The position numbers were made by a program, and so were the translations under genes. This document shows, piece after piece, positions 26,179 to 35,265 of a DNA stretch of 49,665 nucleotides. Location of the stretch: sequence record OQ417974.1; one strand, written 5' to 3'. Source of the stretch: Mycobacterium phage prophiCCUG48898T-1. The notes under the pieces are model-generated. The model saw only the letters and a program-made list of their open reading frames with translations, did no database searches and was not told where the DNA came from. How positions within the stretch are numbered: the first letter of the stretch is position 1; every line of letters starts with the position of its first letter.

Positions 26179-26541
26179 GTGACCGACTTCCTTGACGTAG
26201 AGGCGTTCGCCGCCAGGTTCCGGCCGCTGTCGGCAGCTGAGAAACTGGTGGCGGCGCCTCTACTGACGGTCGTCTCCGATTGGATACGCGACAAGAAACC
26301 GGCCATTGCCGACGATGATCCGGCGGCCAAGGTGGTCACATTCGAGGTCACCCGAGACGCGCTGATGTATGGCGAGTTCGGCCCGGTCTCATCGTTCACC
26401 AAGACGGTGGGTCATCGCACCAAACAGGCTGCGATCGATCGTGAAGCCGTCGAGAAGTTCATCGCACGCCGCCACTACCGCATGCTCGGCCTGGCGCTAC
26501 AGGCCAAGGCGCGCGGCCACTTCCCCAGGGGTGACTACTGA
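26179..26541 (+). CDS. Head-tail connector / adaptor (gp6-like)
   Basis: Position and size. The N-terminal DVEAFAARFRPLSAAEKLVAAPLL pattern is common in head-tail adaptors. Confidence 0.5.
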   Translation: MTDFLDVEAFAARFRPLSAAEKLVAAPLLTVVSDWIRDKKPAIADDDPAAKVVTFEVTRDALMYGEFGPVSSFTKTVGHRTKQAAIDREAVEKFIARRHYRMLGLALQAKARGHFPRGDY

Positions 26542-26948
26542 TGGACACCCTGGGCGGACAGCGGGTCGCGATCGTGTGGGATGTGCCGGTGCTCGACGGG
26601 CAGGGCGACCCGATCTTGGACGAGTACCGCAAGCCGCAAGTCACCGAACGCGTTGTGTGGGTCGATAACTGCCTGTTCGAGGTGCAGTCGACGGCCGAGG
26701 ACAACCAGGCCATCACCACCACAACCACTGAGCAATCGTGGGCGTTCCTGCCGGTCATCGATGGTCACATACCTGCTGTTGACGGCAGTGGTGCCGCCGC
26801 GCCGGTCGCGGTCGCCGACATCCGATCGGCGCACCGGATTCGCCACCTGGACCGCGATCACAGCATGGTCGGTGACGCGGTGCTCGAATTCGACCTCGAC
26901 GGCCGCGAAGATCATGTGTTCTGTACCTGCCAGCGCAGGGTCGGCTGA
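26541..26948 (+). CDS. Head-tail joining (head closure) protein, putative
   Basis: Position in the conserved siphovirus order. Confidence 0.45.
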   Translation: MDTLGGQRVAIVWDVPVLDGQGDPILDEYRKPQVTERVVWVDNCLFEVQSTAEDNQAITTTTTEQSWAFLPVIDGHIPAVDGSGAAAPVAVADIRSAHRIRHLDRDHSMVGDAVLEFDLDGREDHVFCTCQRRVG

Positions 26949-27307
26949 TGGCCGCAGATCGCAGACCCAACCCACTGGTCGCGTTGGGTGTGCCGCAGTC
27001 CGAGATCGACAAGGCGATCCACATCTCGGCGCAAGCCAAAGCCGAGAAGGCGCGCGTCGGCAAGGAGATGGCCGCACACGCCAAGTCCATCTCGCCGGTC
27101 GATCACGGCGACTACGGCGCGGCGTGGAAAGTGCAGCAGGGCAAGGGCCGTGACGATGACACCAAGGTCATCAACGACAACTTCAAAGCCCACTGGATCG
27201 AGGACGGCACCGGGGGCACCAGCCCGACACCGGAGTTCGCCGTCGCGGCCCGCACCGCCATCGCGTTCGGCGGCACCGCCGCCGATGTCATCAACAGGCC
27301 CGACTGA
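26948..27307 (+). CDS. Tail completion / neck protein, putative
   Basis: Synteny. Confidence 0.45.
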   Translation: MAADRRPNPLVALGVPQSEIDKAIHISAQAKAEKARVGKEMAAHAKSISPVDHGDYGAAWKVQQGKGRDDDTKVINDNFKAHWIEDGTGGTSPTPEFAVAARTAIAFGGTAADVINRPD

Positions 27308-27717
27308 TGACCGTCGCGCTGCATGAGCAGATGCCCCCCAACGCGATCGTGATGATGCTCGCCCACCTCGCACCGCTGGGCCCCTGCGACATCGAACGCA
27401 AGCCCGACGATCCGCTGCCGTTCCGCCAAGTCAACATGATTGACGGCACCTACGACGCAAACCTGTTCTACTGCACCGCTGTCCTGTCGATCCACACCTT
27501 CGGCAAGACGATCACCGAGGCGCAGCGCGAGGGCATCAAGACCGATCAGCGGATCATGCGGCTCGGCGACGAGATCGTCGATGTGCCCATGCCCGATGGC
27601 ACGGCCGCCAACGTCGACTACATCGACTTTCAGCAGCTCTCCACGCTGCGCGAATACAAGGCCGACAACGCCTTTCGCTTCAAGGCGATCTGCGAGCTCG
27701 GCCTGTCGTTCAACTGA
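27307..27717 (+). CDS. Tail terminator protein, putative
   Basis: Synteny; immediately before the major tail gene. Confidence 0.45.
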   Translation: MTVALHEQMPPNAIVMMLAHLAPLGPCDIERKPDDPLPFRQVNMIDGTYDANLFYCTAVLSIHTFGKTITEAQREGIKTDQRIMRLGDEIVDVPMPDGTAANVDYIDFQQLSTLREYKADNAFRFKAICELGLSFN

Positions 27718-27807
27718 TCGTCGCGGTCCCCTGATCGCGTCGCGGCATCCGCCGCACCTCAATCGCCGGAACCCTTTCCGGTTCATCACCCATGGAAGGA
27801 GCGTCAC

Positions 27808-28887
27808 ATGACGCAACCCGAAACCGGCGCTGACTGGAGCGTCGGCGGATTCACCGACACCGATAGCCGTTTCGCTATCCGAGGCCCGCTCGTTGCCGTA
27901 TTAGCGCGCGACTATCGCGGCGCGGCCACTGATATCAGCCCGCATCTCTTCAACCCGCTGGCCAAGGATGGCAAGCTGCGCGCGGACCTGTTCGCCCGCC
28001 GCAAGGTCGGCGGGTACTGGGTCAACAACCCCGAGCCCAACCAGGGGTGGCTGTTCCTCGGCGCCAACACCAAGACTGGCGGCCCCGAGCGTGAGCCGAA
28101 CATTGATGTCAGCCCGCTGGAGATCTTGCAGTCGAATTACCCGATCGAGAAGGACATCACCAAGATCGAAAAGACGGTGAAGTTCACCCCGATCGAGACC
28201 TTGAACCCTGTCGTCAAGGCCCTGCGCAATAACGTTCCGCTGCAGGATGAGGACGGCAACCTGCTCGTGGCAGAACCGGGCCAAGGCGACTATTTCGTGG
28301 GCACCCCGCTGGAAGCCGATTTCGTTCCCCGCCAGCTGCTTTTGGTGCGCGCACGGTCCCGGGCCGGCGGCAAGCTGTACACCGTCGAACCCATCCCCCT
28401 GTGCAAGCTGACCAAGATCGGCGCGGCCAAGATGGACACGGAAGACGCCGACGCCAACGAGCTGGAGTTCTCGCTCGAACCTGACCCGTTCTTCCTGATC
28501 CCCGATCCGCGCAACCCGGGCATCCTGATTCCCGGCCTGGACGGCGAATGGGTCGGCGGCAAGGGCTGGACCACGATTCAGGGCGCCCCCAAGGTGTCGA
28601 ACACCCCGCCGACGGTCACCCCCGGTGCCGCCGGTAAGGCCTCGATCGTATTCGCCGACCCCACGGGCGCTGGCGATCCGTTCACCTTCGCCGCCGAAAG
28701 CACCGTCGATGACGGGACCACCTGGCTGCCCGCCGAGCTCGATGGGCCCGCGGTCTCGTCCGGTGGCAACACCACGGTCAAGGTCAAGACGGTGGCAGCC
28801 GGTGCAACCAAGTTCCGCGTGAAGGTGACCGGCACCAACGGCGCTTCGGTCTACACCCCGAAGTCTGCCGCCGCGACCATCGCCTGA
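27808..28887 (+). CDS. Major tail protein with a C-terminal Ig-like domain
   Basis: 359 aa, upstream of the chaperone/tape-measure genes. The C-terminal NTTVKVKTVAAGATKFRVKVTGTNG resembles Big/FN3-type Ig-like domains of major tail proteins. Confidence 0.6.
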   Translation: MTQPETGADWSVGGFTDTDSRFAIRGPLVAVLARDYRGAATDISPHLFNPLAKDGKLRADLFARRKVGGYWVNNPEPNQGWLFLGANTKTGGPEREPNIDVSPLEILQSNYPIEKDITKIEKTVKFTPIETLNPVVKALRNNVPLQDEDGNLLVAEPGQGDYFVGTPLEADFVPRQLLLVRARSRAGGKLYTVEPIPLCKLTKIGAAKMDTEDADANELEFSLEPDPFFLIPDPRNPGILIPGLDGEWVGGKGWTTIQGAPKVSNTPPTVTPGAAGKASIVFADPTGAGDPFTFAAESTVDDGTTWLPAELDGPAVSSGGNTTVKVKTVAAGATKFRVKVTGTNGASVYTPKSAAATIA

Positions 28888-28986
28888 TGAACCCTCACCT
28901 GGCGGGCGTCGGGCTGCGCCCGCCAGGTGAGCCCCACCCCCATTCCAGCCCGAAACCCCAAGCCCACCAGCCCGAAAGGAACAATC

Positions 28987-29433
28987 ATGAGCTCCGAAGA
29001 CACCAAGGACGTTCTACACCCCGTCGACCCCAGAAAGGCACGCGAGCAGGCCGCCGATCACCTCGGATTCATGGCAGGTGTGCCCTTTGATCTCGGCGAC
29101 GGCGAGATGTGGGAGCTTCCCAACCCGGCGTTTCTCGATACCGAGCAGCGCAAGCGGTACCGCGACTACCAGCGGGACATGAAAGCCCTCGACAAGGAAA
29201 CCGTCGATCATCCTTTCATCGACGGCAAGACCATCGAGCAGAACGTCTATCCGTATCTCAAGGACGGCAAGGATTACGACCCTGACGAGCAGCTGTGCAT
29301 CGCACTCATGGGTGAGGACATCTACGCCAAGTTCCTCGCCGCGGGCGGTGTTCCCGGCCAGATCGATACGCACTGGAAGGTGATGCAGCGCCAGCTGGAG
29401 GAGCGGACAAAGATCGACTCCAAAAGTAATTGA
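28987..29433 (+). CDS. Tail assembly chaperone (G-like); start ATG 28987 with RBS AAAGGAA
   Basis: Position upstream of the tape measure, with an overlapping downstream extension ORF. Confidence 0.6.
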   Translation: MSSEDTKDVLHPVDPRKAREQAADHLGFMAGVPFDLGDGEMWELPNPAFLDTEQRKRYRDYQRDMKALDKETVDHPFIDGKTIEQNVYPYLKDGKDYDPDEQLCIALMGEDIYAKFLAAGGVPGQIDTHWKVMQRQLEERTKIDSKSN

Positions 29434-29857
29434 GGCAGTAGCGCTGTGGTGCCGTTGGCCCAATGCGATCGAGGCTGATCTTCGTTTTCGCGGTGTGCGC
29501 ATCGCTGATTGGCACCAGGGCACCCGCGATGAGCGCGGCGCCCTGGTGCTTTCCAGCCGCCAACTACTGTCGCTGATCCACCAGCTGCCCGAAGACTCAG
29601 AGTTCAAAACCCATGCGCCGCCGCCGTTTGGGCGCGACGGCGACTGGACGGTCATGCAGAAGATTGCCGCTGAGACACACAACGAGCTCGCGGCATACCG
29701 GGCCAGCCAGTACGCGGGCACCCCGCACGAATACATGTACACCAAGTACTCATCGCCGCTGGATTCTCGCAGACAGCACGAACTTGACTCCGCTGAAAAC
29801 GAATTCATCGAGTCGGCGCGAGAAGAGTTGCTAGATGACGTGTTTGGCGACCAATGA
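29384..29857 (+). CDS. Tail assembly chaperone frameshift extension (T-like); open in the +1 frame relative to G from 29384
   Basis: The +1 frame is open over 29384-29857. The -1 frame stops at 29427. Candidate shift site CC-AAA-AGU at 29420-29427. Confidence 0.55.
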   Translation, partial: CSASWRSGQRSTPKVIEAVALWCRWPNAIEADLRFRGVRIADWHQGTRDERGALVLSSRQLLSLIHQLPEDSEFKTHAPPPFGRDGDWTVMQKIAAETHNELAAYRASQYAGTPHEYMYTKYSSPLDSRRQHELDSAENEFIESAREELLDDVFGDQ

Positions 29858-29871
29858 TCAGGAGGTGAACC

Positions 29872-32800
29872 ATGTCCGTGCAGATACCCATCGGTGCCGC
29901 CGCTGATCATCGGTCGTGGAAGCGGGTCGCCGATGACGCCACCCGCACGTTCGGCAACGCGGGTAAGGATGCCGGCCGCGATTTCGCCAACGCGCTGGCG
30001 GGTAGCTCCAAGGATGTCGAGAAGTCCCTTAAGCGCATGGGCGACAGGGCTTCTGATGCCTACGACAAGGCAGCATCGGCCGTCGGGAAACTCAAGTCTG
30101 AGGAATCCGAACTACAGCGGCTACGCGACCGCGACGCCGACGGCGCACGGATCATCCGCCAGACCGAGAAAGTCAACGACGCGCGGCGCGCCGAGGCTCG
30201 TGCTGTCCGGGACGCAACGCGGGCATACCGCGAGTATCAAGAAGCTGCCGACGAGGCGAGCCGACGCAACAACACCAACCTTGTTGACGGCATGCGCGCC
30301 CAGGCTGGCCAGGCCGCCCAGCTCGGCCGCGACATGGGCAATGGGTTCTCAGGCGGATTCACCCACGGGGTGAGCAGCGCGGCCTCGATCGCCCGACTCG
30401 GCACCGCTGGCGGGCCAATCGGCGCGGCCCTGTTGGGTTTGACCGCCGTAGGCATCCTCGTCGGAAGTCGGCTCTCCAACGCCATTGCCGAAGGTATGGC
30501 CACCACGGCCACCACCAAGTTGTTCCAGGGCCGCATGGGTCTGGATGACACCTCGATGGGCAATTACGCCAAGGCTGCCGGTCAGTCCTACGCCAACAAC
30601 TTCGGCGCCTCTGTAGCGGACAACCTCAGCGTCGCTCAAGCGGCCCTGCGCAACAACCTGATCAAGCCCAACTCGCCCGATGACGAAATTCAGTACACGA
30701 TTCAGCAGCTCCAAGGTGTGGCGCAGGTCGTCGAGAAGACCCCGCAAGAGCTCGCGCACTCCGCGACCCAACTCATGCGGACCGGCCTTGCCAATAGCGT
30801 CACCGAAGCGCTCGACATCATCACCGCGGGCTCACAGAAGGGCCTGGACGTAACCGGCGACTGGCTCGACTCTATCGGCGAGTACTCCACGCAATTCCGC
30901 AAGCTCGGCCTGACCGGCAGCGAGACAATGACGCTGCTCAAGCAAGGCATCGAGGGCGGTGCCCGCGACACCGACAAGGTGGCCGACTCCCTCAAGGAAT
31001 TCAGCATCCGCGCGGTCGACGGCAGCAAGTCGACCAAGGAAGGTTTCGAGGCGCTGGGGTTCAACGCCGACGAGATGGGACGGCGCTTCTCCGCAGGCGG
31101 CGAGCAAGCACACCAAGCATTTGCAGCGGTGCTCACCGGGCTACGCAATCTAGATGACCCGGTTCAGCAAGCCCTTGTGTGGCAACGCCTTTTCGGCACG
31201 CAGTGGGAGGACATGGGCGATGCTGTCAACAAACTCGACCTCGACCCGGCTAAAAACCAGTTCAAGGATCTGCAAGACACCTCGCAGCGATCGACTAAGA
31301 CCGCGACGGAGACGTTCAAGTCCGAATGGGAAAGCGCAACCAAGACGGTCGATCAGTGGTTCACCGACCTGAAGACCAGTATCTCGGATTGGTTTGTGGA
31401 TCTGCCTGTCATCAGGGACATCCCGACGATGATCAAGGATCTGTTCAGTTCCTCGCCGCCACCGCCGCAATACGCTGCACCGCTCGGCGGTACGCATCCC
31501 GGTACCGACATCCTGGCCAACACCCTTCCCGGTGCGCCGGGCGCGGGCTCAACCGTCCTGCCTCCGGCGCCCGGCGACAACTCAGCACGGACACTGCTCG
31601 GCAGCGCGCTCGCCCCCGGGACCGCCCTGCCCCCGCCGGATGCCCAGCGCGGCAATGCTGTCGATAACGGTCCGCAGGCAGGCGACAGGAAGCCGATCGC
31701 GCCGGCCGGGGACGACGACAAGACCAAGGCCCCGATCGATCCGAGTCTTTGGTCGGTGGAGTCAAAGCCCGTTGCCATGCCGCCAGGATTGGCCACGGCG
31801 CCCACCGCAGCGCCCGGGGTGCTCGTTTCGTCTCCCAAGGGCGGGCCCGGTCTCGGTCGCTACGAGGTCGACCCCATGCGGGTGTATGACGCTGAGTCGT
31901 CGGCGATCCGGGCCAAGAACTCTCTGGAGCAAGACCGCATTGCGTTGATCCGGCTGGAGCAGCAGGGTAACGCCGATCAGGACGCACTACTGCGAGCGCG
32001 CAACCAGGTTGCCGACGCCGAACGCTCGTACGTTTCGGCGCAGATGAAACTGGCTGAGGCGCAGCAAGGTACGTGGAAGAAGCTGGAGAGCTCTACGCAG
32101 GGCCTCGCCGACGGCATGGGCCAGATCGGTGCCGCACTAGACAAGGATTTCGGGATCTCCAAGGGCCTGCCGGGGCTGGCCGAGAATCTGACCAAGTTCC
32201 TGGCCAATATGGCGGCGGCCCCGATCCTTGGCCAGCTCGGCGCGGTCAGCCAACTCAACCCGTCCAAGGGCGGATACGGCGCTATGGGCATCCTGGCCGC
32301 CCAGGGCGTGTTTGGGCCGCAGTACACAGGTGTTGCCCAGGACGTTGCCATGGCGGGCATCGGGCCGATGGCGCTGCAACAGGGTGTAAATCCCAACCTC
32401 GCCGCGATGTATGCATTGGCCGCGCGTGGCGGAAAGTACGCTCCGGCATCTGATCTGCAGAACGGGCTGGCCGACTGCTCGGGTGCCGTCTCGGATTTGG
32501 TGGAGGTGCTGCGCGACGGGAAGTCCTCACCGGCACGGCTGTTCGATACCACTGCGTTCGCCACCGATGCCAGCGCTGCCAAGCTCGGTTTCCTGCCCGG
32601 ATATCAGCCGGGGGCCTTCAATGTCGGTGTGAATCCCCTGCCGGGGCAGCAGGGCCACATGGCCGCGACGCTGCCCAACGGCATGAATTTCGAATCTGGT
32701 GGAGGACACGGCCCGATGCTGGGAGGCTCGGCGGCCGGTGCCCTCGATAAGCAGTTCCCCAAGCAGTACTACATGCCCCTTGGTTCGGGCACGTCGAGCG

Positions 32801-33498
32801 CACCGTCGCCGCAGCCGATCGGGCCCACGGTCGATTATCGGGCGCTCTACCCCAAGACGGCCGGTCCTGGCTTAGCGGTCACCGATCCGGTGATGAGCGA
32901 TCCGACGTTGACCAATCCTGCCCTGACAGCGGGTATTCCGGCCGCTGGCGGCGGGTGGGGTGGGGCTACCGGGCCTGCGCAGGCGTGGAGCCCGTCATCG
33001 ACGCGCATTGGTGGTGTGGAACCGGCGACCGGTTCGGGTGCGGGCGGGGTCGGTATCACTCCCGGCGGCACCATCGATACCGCGATCGGGATGGCCGCCT
33101 CGGCGGCCGACATCTTCGCCCCAGGTGCCGGGCAGGCAGCGCAGACCGGAATCAAGCTGGCCAACAGGGCGATTCAGTTCGGTGCACAGGCCGCAGGTAT
33201 CGGGGTGCAGGGCTTGATGGATACGGTGCTGCCGACCGCGGGCTCGGAGCTGGCCAACAAGAGCTGGCTGACCAAGATCCTCGGTGGTGTCGCTGGTGCT
33301 GCCCCGGCGATCCCGAACGTGGCCGGCAAGGCGACCGCGCCACCGAACCCGAATCAGGGCGACCCGAACGCCCAAGGCGGCCCAGTCAAGGCGGGCGACA
33401 CAAACATCCACGTCACCAACAACCGCGCCACCGAGGACGGCACCGGCCGCGATATCGCATTCCATCAGCAAGCCCGCAACTCCGGGCCGGGGATGTGA
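29872..33498 (+). CDS. Tape measure protein (1208 aa)
   Basis: Size and position; N-terminal coiled-coil regions; embedded DCSG...H motif. Confidence 0.85.
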   Translation: MSVQIPIGAAADHRSWKRVADDATRTFGNAGKDAGRDFANALAGSSKDVEKSLKRMGDRASDAYDKAASAVGKLKSEESELQRLRDRDADGARIIRQTEKVNDARRAEARAVRDATRAYREYQEAADEASRRNNTNLVDGMRAQAGQAAQLGRDMGNGFSGGFTHGVSSAASIARLGTAGGPIGAALLGLTAVGILVGSRLSNAIAEGMATTATTKLFQGRMGLDDTSMGNYAKAAGQSYANNFGASVADNLSVAQAALRNNLIKPNSPDDEIQYTIQQLQGVAQVVEKTPQELAHSATQLMRTGLANSVTEALDIITAGSQKGLDVTGDWLDSIGEYSTQFRKLGLTGSETMTLLKQGIEGGARDTDKVADSLKEFSIRAVDGSKSTKEGFEALGFNADEMGRRFSAGGEQAHQAFAAVLTGLRNLDDPVQQALVWQRLFGTQWEDMGDAVNKLDLDPAKNQFKDLQDTSQRSTKTATETFKSEWESATKTVDQWFTDLKTSISDWFVDLPVIRDIPTMIKDLFSSSPPPPQYAAPLGGTHPGTDILANTLPGAPGAGSTVLPPAPGDNSARTLLGSALAPGTALPPPDAQRGNAVDNGPQAGDRKPIAPAGDDDKTKAPIDPSLWSVESKPVAMPPGLATAPTAAPGVLVSSPKGGPGLGRYEVDPMRVYDAESSAIRAKNSLEQDRIALIRLEQQGNADQDALLRARNQVADAERSYVSAQMKLAEAQQGTWKKLESSTQGLADGMGQIGAALDKDFGISKGLPGLAENLTKFLANMAAAPILGQLGAVSQLNPSKGGYGAMGILAAQGVFGPQYTGVAQDVAMAGIGPMALQQGVNPNLAAMYALAARGGKYAPASDLQNGLADCSGAVSDLVEVLRDGKSSPARLFDTTAFATDASAAKLGFLPGYQPGAFNVGVNPLPGQQGHMAATLPNGMNFESGGGHGPMLGGSAAGALDKQFPKQYYMPLGSGTSSAPSPQPIGPTVDYRALYPKTAGPGLAVTDPVMSDPTLTNPALTAGIPAAGGGWGGATGPAQAWSPSSTRIGGVEPATGSGAGGVGITPGGTIDTAIGMAASAADIFAPGAGQAAQTGIKLANRAIQFGAQAAGIGVQGLMDTVLPTAGSELANKSWLTKILGGVAGAAPAIPNVAGKATAPPNPNQGDPNAQGGPVKAGDTNIHVTNNRATEDGTGRDIAFHQQARNSGPGM

Positions 33499-35225
33499 CC
33501 GTGACGATCCGCTATCCGGCCAACCCCGTCACACCCCATGGCTGGTATCACCTCGTCAACGGCGAAAAGCCCATGATGCGCCTGACCGCCTTTGACGGGT
33601 CGGTCGAGATGTTCATGATCGGCGGATACGCGATTCCCGACCCGTACACGGCGCCAGAAGCCGTGCATTTGATCGACCTCGAAGGCCTCATCGCGCCATG
33701 GAAGCACGTCACCCAGAAGGGTGCGACCGAGGATGGCGTTCACCATATCGACGCGTTTTTGGATCCGGTCGAGGTCAAGCTCACGGTCAAGTGCCGGGGC
33801 CGCAACGCCGCGCGCACGCGCCGGGTCTATCGGCATCTGATCGATTCGCTGGACGCCATCAAGTGTTCCCGGCTGGACTTTTTCGATCACGATGCCGGGT
33901 ACTGGTGGGCCGACGTGCGCTGGTTCCAAGGCGGGCAACCCGATCCGGTTTCGGCTATGCGCAAGGGCACCTCGCAGAAAGCCACGTTGCGGCTACAGGC
34001 CGACACCGGCACCTGGAAGTCGTTCGACCACGCGGACTCCTTCGCGTTCACCTACGACGCGATTACCGACACCTTCGCGACCGATCATCGCCAAACCAAG
34101 GATCTCGGCGCGGTTCCGCAGCGCTACAGCGGCCCCGGCGGCGGTTTCTGCACCTCCTACAACGACCAAATGCGTTGGTGGGACGACCCCGAACACGGGT
34201 TTGGCACCCAATGGCGCCGAGTCATCAACGGGCCCTGGCCCGATTTCGACACCGATACCGATAACCAGGTCGTCTCCCAGGTGCACGGGGGATTTCAGGA
34301 GTGGTCGGTGCCCGACTCGGGCCGAAACATCCTGGGCGCGCGCATGAACCGCAATCCCGACGGCAGCTGGGCGGGCGACGGGGTGTTCGTCGAGTACGGC
34401 GCCGGATACCTGCGCCTGTACTACACGATCAACTTCGTTGAGACCACCTTGCGCAGCTGGCCGCTGGCCATCCCCATCGGGCCGCTGCCGGGCGAGAAGT
34501 TCACACTGGTGTGCGGCACCGAGGATCACCCGCGCACGTTCCGCGTGCTGCGCAACGACATGGAGATCTTGTCGGTCACCGAAACCGGCACGGGCTCGCC
34601 TCTGGGGGCAGCGCATCGGGGCGTCGGCAACGGCATGTTCGCTGCCGGTGCGGTGATCAGCCAGGCAACGCCGTCCGCTATCCGCAAGCTGGCCGCGGGC
34701 GATAACGCTGCCGTGGCGCAAACCGGGTTCCTCAAGCGCATCAACATCGGTGATCAGGACATGTACGACGACTACGTGCTGTTCGGGCCGTTCACCAAGG
34801 TCAAAATCTACGACGGGCCCGGCTCGGACCAATATGTCGAATTCGGGCCGCTGCTACCCAATCAGGTGGTGTTTTTGCGCACCGATCCGCGCGTGCACAC
34901 CACCTTGGTGAAAGACCTAACCTCGGTGCCGCCCTCACCGCAGGAACTCGATTTGTTCCAGGAGGCGATCGAGAAGTTCATGAGCTTTGCGGGCATGAAC
35001 GGTACGGCGTTCGCCGATCAGATCAAGTCGCAGTTCGGCATCACCCCGCCGCAAGGCCCGCTGTACAAGTACCTCAAGGGCCGCTTCTCCAAGAACGCGG
35101 CGATACCACCGAAATCACCGGGCAATCCCGCGCAGCCGTATTTCGTGAAGGTCTCGATCGAGGGCGGCAACGCCGACTCCAAGATCATCGCCTCGGGCAC
35201 GCCGCGACGGAGATACCCGCTCTAA
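33495..35225 (+). CDS. Minor tail protein (distal-tail type), GTG start overlapping the TMP stop
   Basis: First gene after the TMP. Confidence 0.6.
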   Translation: MTVTIRYPANPVTPHGWYHLVNGEKPMMRLTAFDGSVEMFMIGGYAIPDPYTAPEAVHLIDLEGLIAPWKHVTQKGATEDGVHHIDAFLDPVEVKLTVKCRGRNAARTRRVYRHLIDSLDAIKCSRLDFFDHDAGYWWADVRWFQGGQPDPVSAMRKGTSQKATLRLQADTGTWKSFDHADSFAFTYDAITDTFATDHRQTKDLGAVPQRYSGPGGGFCTSYNDQMRWWDDPEHGFGTQWRRVINGPWPDFDTDTDNQVVSQVHGGFQEWSVPDSGRNILGARMNRNPDGSWAGDGVFVEYGAGYLRLYYTINFVETTLRSWPLAIPIGPLPGEKFTLVCGTEDHPRTFRVLRNDMEILSVTETGTGSPLGAAHRGVGNGMFAAGAVISQATPSAIRKLAAGDNAAVAQTGFLKRINIGDQDMYDDYVLFGPFTKVKIYDGPGSDQYVEFGPLLPNQVVFLRTDPRVHTTLVKDLTSVPPSPQELDLFQEAIEKFMSFAGMNGTAFADQIKSQFGITPPQGPLYKYLKGRFSKNAAIPPKSPGNPAQPYFVKVSIEGGNADSKIIASGTPRRRYPL

Positions 35226-35265
35226 TGCGCAATGCGTTGCGCCCCTGCGATCCAGGGGCCATCTC

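Noticed and set aside
32955-33494. Upstream extension of the minor tail ORF into the tape measure gene
   Set aside because: It overlaps the TMP C-terminus. The GTG at 33495 overlaps the TMP stop (GTGA), the usual coupling pattern.
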